Below, piece by piece: positions 61,001 to 64,000 of a stretch of DNA of 64,000 nucleotides. The notes beneath the pieces were generated by a model, which was given only the letters and a program-made list of their open reading frames with translations, did no database searches and was not told the DNA's origin. The stretch is from the human T2T-CHM13v2.0 reference genome, Homo sapiens. The stretch's first letter is position 1; each line of letters opens with the position of its first letter. Position numbers and translations under genes: made by a program. The stretch is taken from NCBI RefSeq assembly GCF_009914755.1, contig NC_060931.1. One strand, given 5' to 3'.

Positions 61001-61401
61001 ACCCGGTTTCATCTAACAGAAAAAAAGCCAGGGGGTGGGTAGTTACAAAATTAGTACTAAAGTGATATAATTCTTTTTTTTTCCCCTGTATGGACTTATT
61101 TCTGTACCAGCTATTAATACAAACCAAAAATATATGTTTACAAAAGGTAGTATTTCCTTTACTAATAGTTTCTGTTTATCCTACAAATATCCTAGGTTCC
61201 ACTGTAAGTAGAATACTGACTGAATTTATAAACACCTAAGTAGTATCTTCCTAAAGCAACACAAAACTTGGTATTAGAAATGGAGGAAGGCCAGATGTTA
61301 CACAGGAGTGATCAAGACAGAGGTCAAATGCCAACTGCAAGGAACACATCCCTGCGACTGATGAGAACGCAATGCAAAATGAGGTTTATAGAATCTGTTA
61401 C

Positions 61402-61483
61402 CTGATTTTCTTTAGCAGAAGATTCCAAAAAAGCTGCATTCCAAGATTCTGCCAAAGCTTTCCCTTCTTCATAACTGATCACC
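61402..61483 (-). CDS. RHEB: RHEB penultimate exon (G5 box)
   Basis: 82 nt, (R)VISYEEGKALAESWNAAFLESSAKENQ, canonical AG/GT. Confidence 0.98.
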
Positions 61484-62221
61484 CTAAAGAAAAAATAAAA
61501 TTCTAGTTAAAGTACTTTGCTCTTCATTATATAAAACATGTATAATTGATTTATGAAACAGGCTCCATTTTGGTCAATTTCTTTCTCATGAAGCAGAACC
61601 ATGCCCTGGCCTAACATTAGCATCAAGAATGTAACACAGGAGTGTTTTAATTACGCCTGAGCTGGGGAACAGAATAGACATTGCTTTATGGGATTATCCA
61701 TGCTCCAGCAAACCTTCCAGCTCAGAGAACATGATCTTATTTTCCAGTACTCCCGTATCTGTAACAATTGACTATTTTACAGCTAGGTTGTAAGCACCCA
61801 AGGCCAGGGGAAATTGTGAAAGAGCCTGAAAGCTCAATTCTCTTGCATGCAGGCTGTAGAGTCTCTTCCTCTCTGACATGAAGCTGCCTGGGCAGGGGAC
61901 ATCTGCCTCCTTTGCTCCTCACTGTAATCCCAAACCCTGGTACTCAAAAACCACTTGCTGCATAAATGAGCACTATGTCTTTTTAGAATTTGCTTTATGC
62001 AAAGTGGCAGATAACCTAAAGGTAGTTTCCTATAAAGTTTGCTCTCTCTTTTCTAGAGGAATGTGAGATTTCTATTCCACTTTTGCTTCTGCTGCACACG
62101 ACCATAACACCTCTGAACGGATAAAAATGCTACAGCTAAAAATATTCTTGACATCAGAACAATTAAAATGATACTTCAGTGACTAAATCATCTTAGATTT
62201 GACTTTATAAAAGCTACATAC

Positions 62222-62269
62222 CTTTCCATATGCAGGTCTTTCTTATTCCCAACCAACATAATAGGTATT
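62222..62269 (-). CDS. RHEB: RHEB exon with G4 box NKKD
   Basis: 48 nt, (Q)IPIMLVGNKKDLHME(R), canonical AG/GT. Confidence 0.98.
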
Positions 62270-62376
62270 CTATTTATAAGAAAAAAAAGACAAACCAGTA
62301 AGTGCCAGATTGTATTGCTCAGAAGATACTATTAAAAGAAGTTTCTCTAACAAGCAGATAAAATGGTACTACTTAC

Positions 62377-62433
62377 TGTACTTTCCCCACCATATCCAAC
62401 AATTTGCCATGGATAACTTTAATCACTTCAAAA
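62377..62433 (-). CDS. RHEB: RHEB internal exon (upstream exons lie beyond the window end)
   Basis: 57 nt, (S)FEVIKVIHGKLLDMVGKV(Q), canonical AG/GTAAGT; phases chain correctly through to the last exon. Confidence 0.98.
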
Positions 62434-64000
62434 CTATAAAACAAAAAGTATAAATTAGACATCCATTTTAATGTTGAAGTTTTTAAATGTATGTTATGTT
62501 GCCAGCTGGAAAAATGTAAAATGTCACAGACTCACCATTTTAACATAACATAAAATGAACACAAAGAACTCTTGTTTTTTCCTAGCAATCCATTCACATG
62601 TGCATACATCTGACACTCAGCAACCCTGACTGAGGATATTCAAAGTGAAACAGGTAAGGCATTCAAACGGAAAGCCTACCACTGGGCTGAGAAACCACAT
62701 AAATGCAAATTTTAATCACCCAACTCATTCAGCAAAGAACCAACTGTTTACATTACAACTTGAACAGCTTTTCCTAGAGTGCCCTAGTACATTCAGCCTG
62801 CTCCTGTGTTCTTTCCTAGGTACATACATTCTCTGGGTGATGCCAGTATCTCTTGGCTTTCAATCAGATCAATGAGCCGATGACTCTAGGATGGAGGTGG
62901 CTCTCACCGGGAAGGGGATCTGAGATGTCATAATGATCACTTGAAATCTGCCACAGCAGGATTATTTATACCACTGACTGCTGGCAAATGGCCACAAATC
63001 ATTTTCCACCCTCCCCCAAAAAACCCATGCAAACATCTGCCAGCACATCACTGGCTCTACTTTCAAATCCTACCTAGAATCTGACGGCTTCTCACTCCCC
63101 TCCACTGCTGCCGCTGAGGTGTGAATTCCTGGCCCAAGTCTGCCTGCATCAGTTCCACAGCCCCAACCCTTCCCCGCCACCCCTGCTCAGCACAGCAACC
63201 AGAGGACTCTGCTGCAGCAGATGGACGGTGCCTGGTTCAACATCCTCTGATGGGTGGCCATCTTTACTCGGCCCCAGTGACTCTCAAGCCGCAAACTTCT
63301 GACCTCGTGATCCGCCTGCCTCGGCCTCCCAAAGTGCTGGGATTACAGGCGTGAGCCACCACACCCAGCCTCAAATGTCACTTCTTACACCTCTTCTGTT
63401 TACCCTAAATGACAAATTTCCTTTCCATTTCTTACCCCTTCCGTACTTTATTTTTCTTGGCAGCATGGTCACAGACATCCTATCTCGCATGTGTGTCGTT
63501 TTACTGTTTGTCTCCCACACCAGAAATAATAGGTCCGCAAGGGCAGGGATTTGTCTGCTTTGTTCATGATTGCATCACAAGCTTCAGAATAAGTTAGCTT
63601 GTTGAATGAATTACACACTGTGCTATTTTAAACGATGTGTGCTGTCATTTGATAAAAACAAAAATGAAATTTAACCCCCCTACAAGCTCGCTGTGGGTCA
63701 ACAAATGGGATATGGGTGTCCTAAGGACCTGCGGTTGCATTACAGAACCACGGTTTCCTCTGCATGCTGTATTTGCCTATCTTTAAAAGTGTCGCCACTT
63801 GGGCAAAAATACAGTACCCTGTCACGTGAGAAACAGCTGAAAGAACTAGGACTGTGTGGCAGGCAGCTTGGAGCCGGCTCCCAGATCTCCTGCTCTCCTA
63901 GTGGCCACACTGTGTGTCATCTCCCTGCATGGACCTAGTGACGTGCGTCTAATGAACAGAATATGGCAAAGGTGATGGAATGTCCCTTTTGCGGTTAGGT

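Noticed and set aside
63890-63908. CTCF-like GGCCACTAGGAGAGC
   Set aside because: Lacks the GGC core at the required positions; too weak to call.

Overview
Human (primate) genomic DNA, recognised from translated exons as the 7q36.1 interval WDR86 - CRYGN - RHEB; all three genes are on the minus strand. The window opens in the WDR86/WDR86-AS1 CpG island (WDR86 coding exon 1 at 267-429). It contains the whole gamma-N crystallin gene CRYGN (20882-30751) with intronic MIR3907, and ends with the last four coding exons and 3'UTR of RHEB (about 56846-62433). The rest is repeat-rich: Alus, old L1/L2/MIR, Tigger and hAT elements, a solo LTR6-like LTR, a complete MST provirus, an ERVL gag relic and a 7SL retrocopy. 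The most notable signal is that CRYGN looks like a lens gene being dismantled at several points. The ancestral Greek-key exon 4 is still intact in intron 3 but has CAG where a stop is expected and GATAAA where a polyA signal is expected, a non-crystallin terminal exon is used instead, and the SOX-MARE-TATA promoter reads TGTAAA at the TATA position. Other leads are a 58-bp mitochondrial 16S fragment replacing an Alu right arm, an orphan CpG island with a CTCF motif, and a cryptic 3' splice site in the last RHEB intron that would remove the CAAX box. Gene and repeat names come from recalled sequences, not database searches, and most ORFs in the supplied track are spurious.
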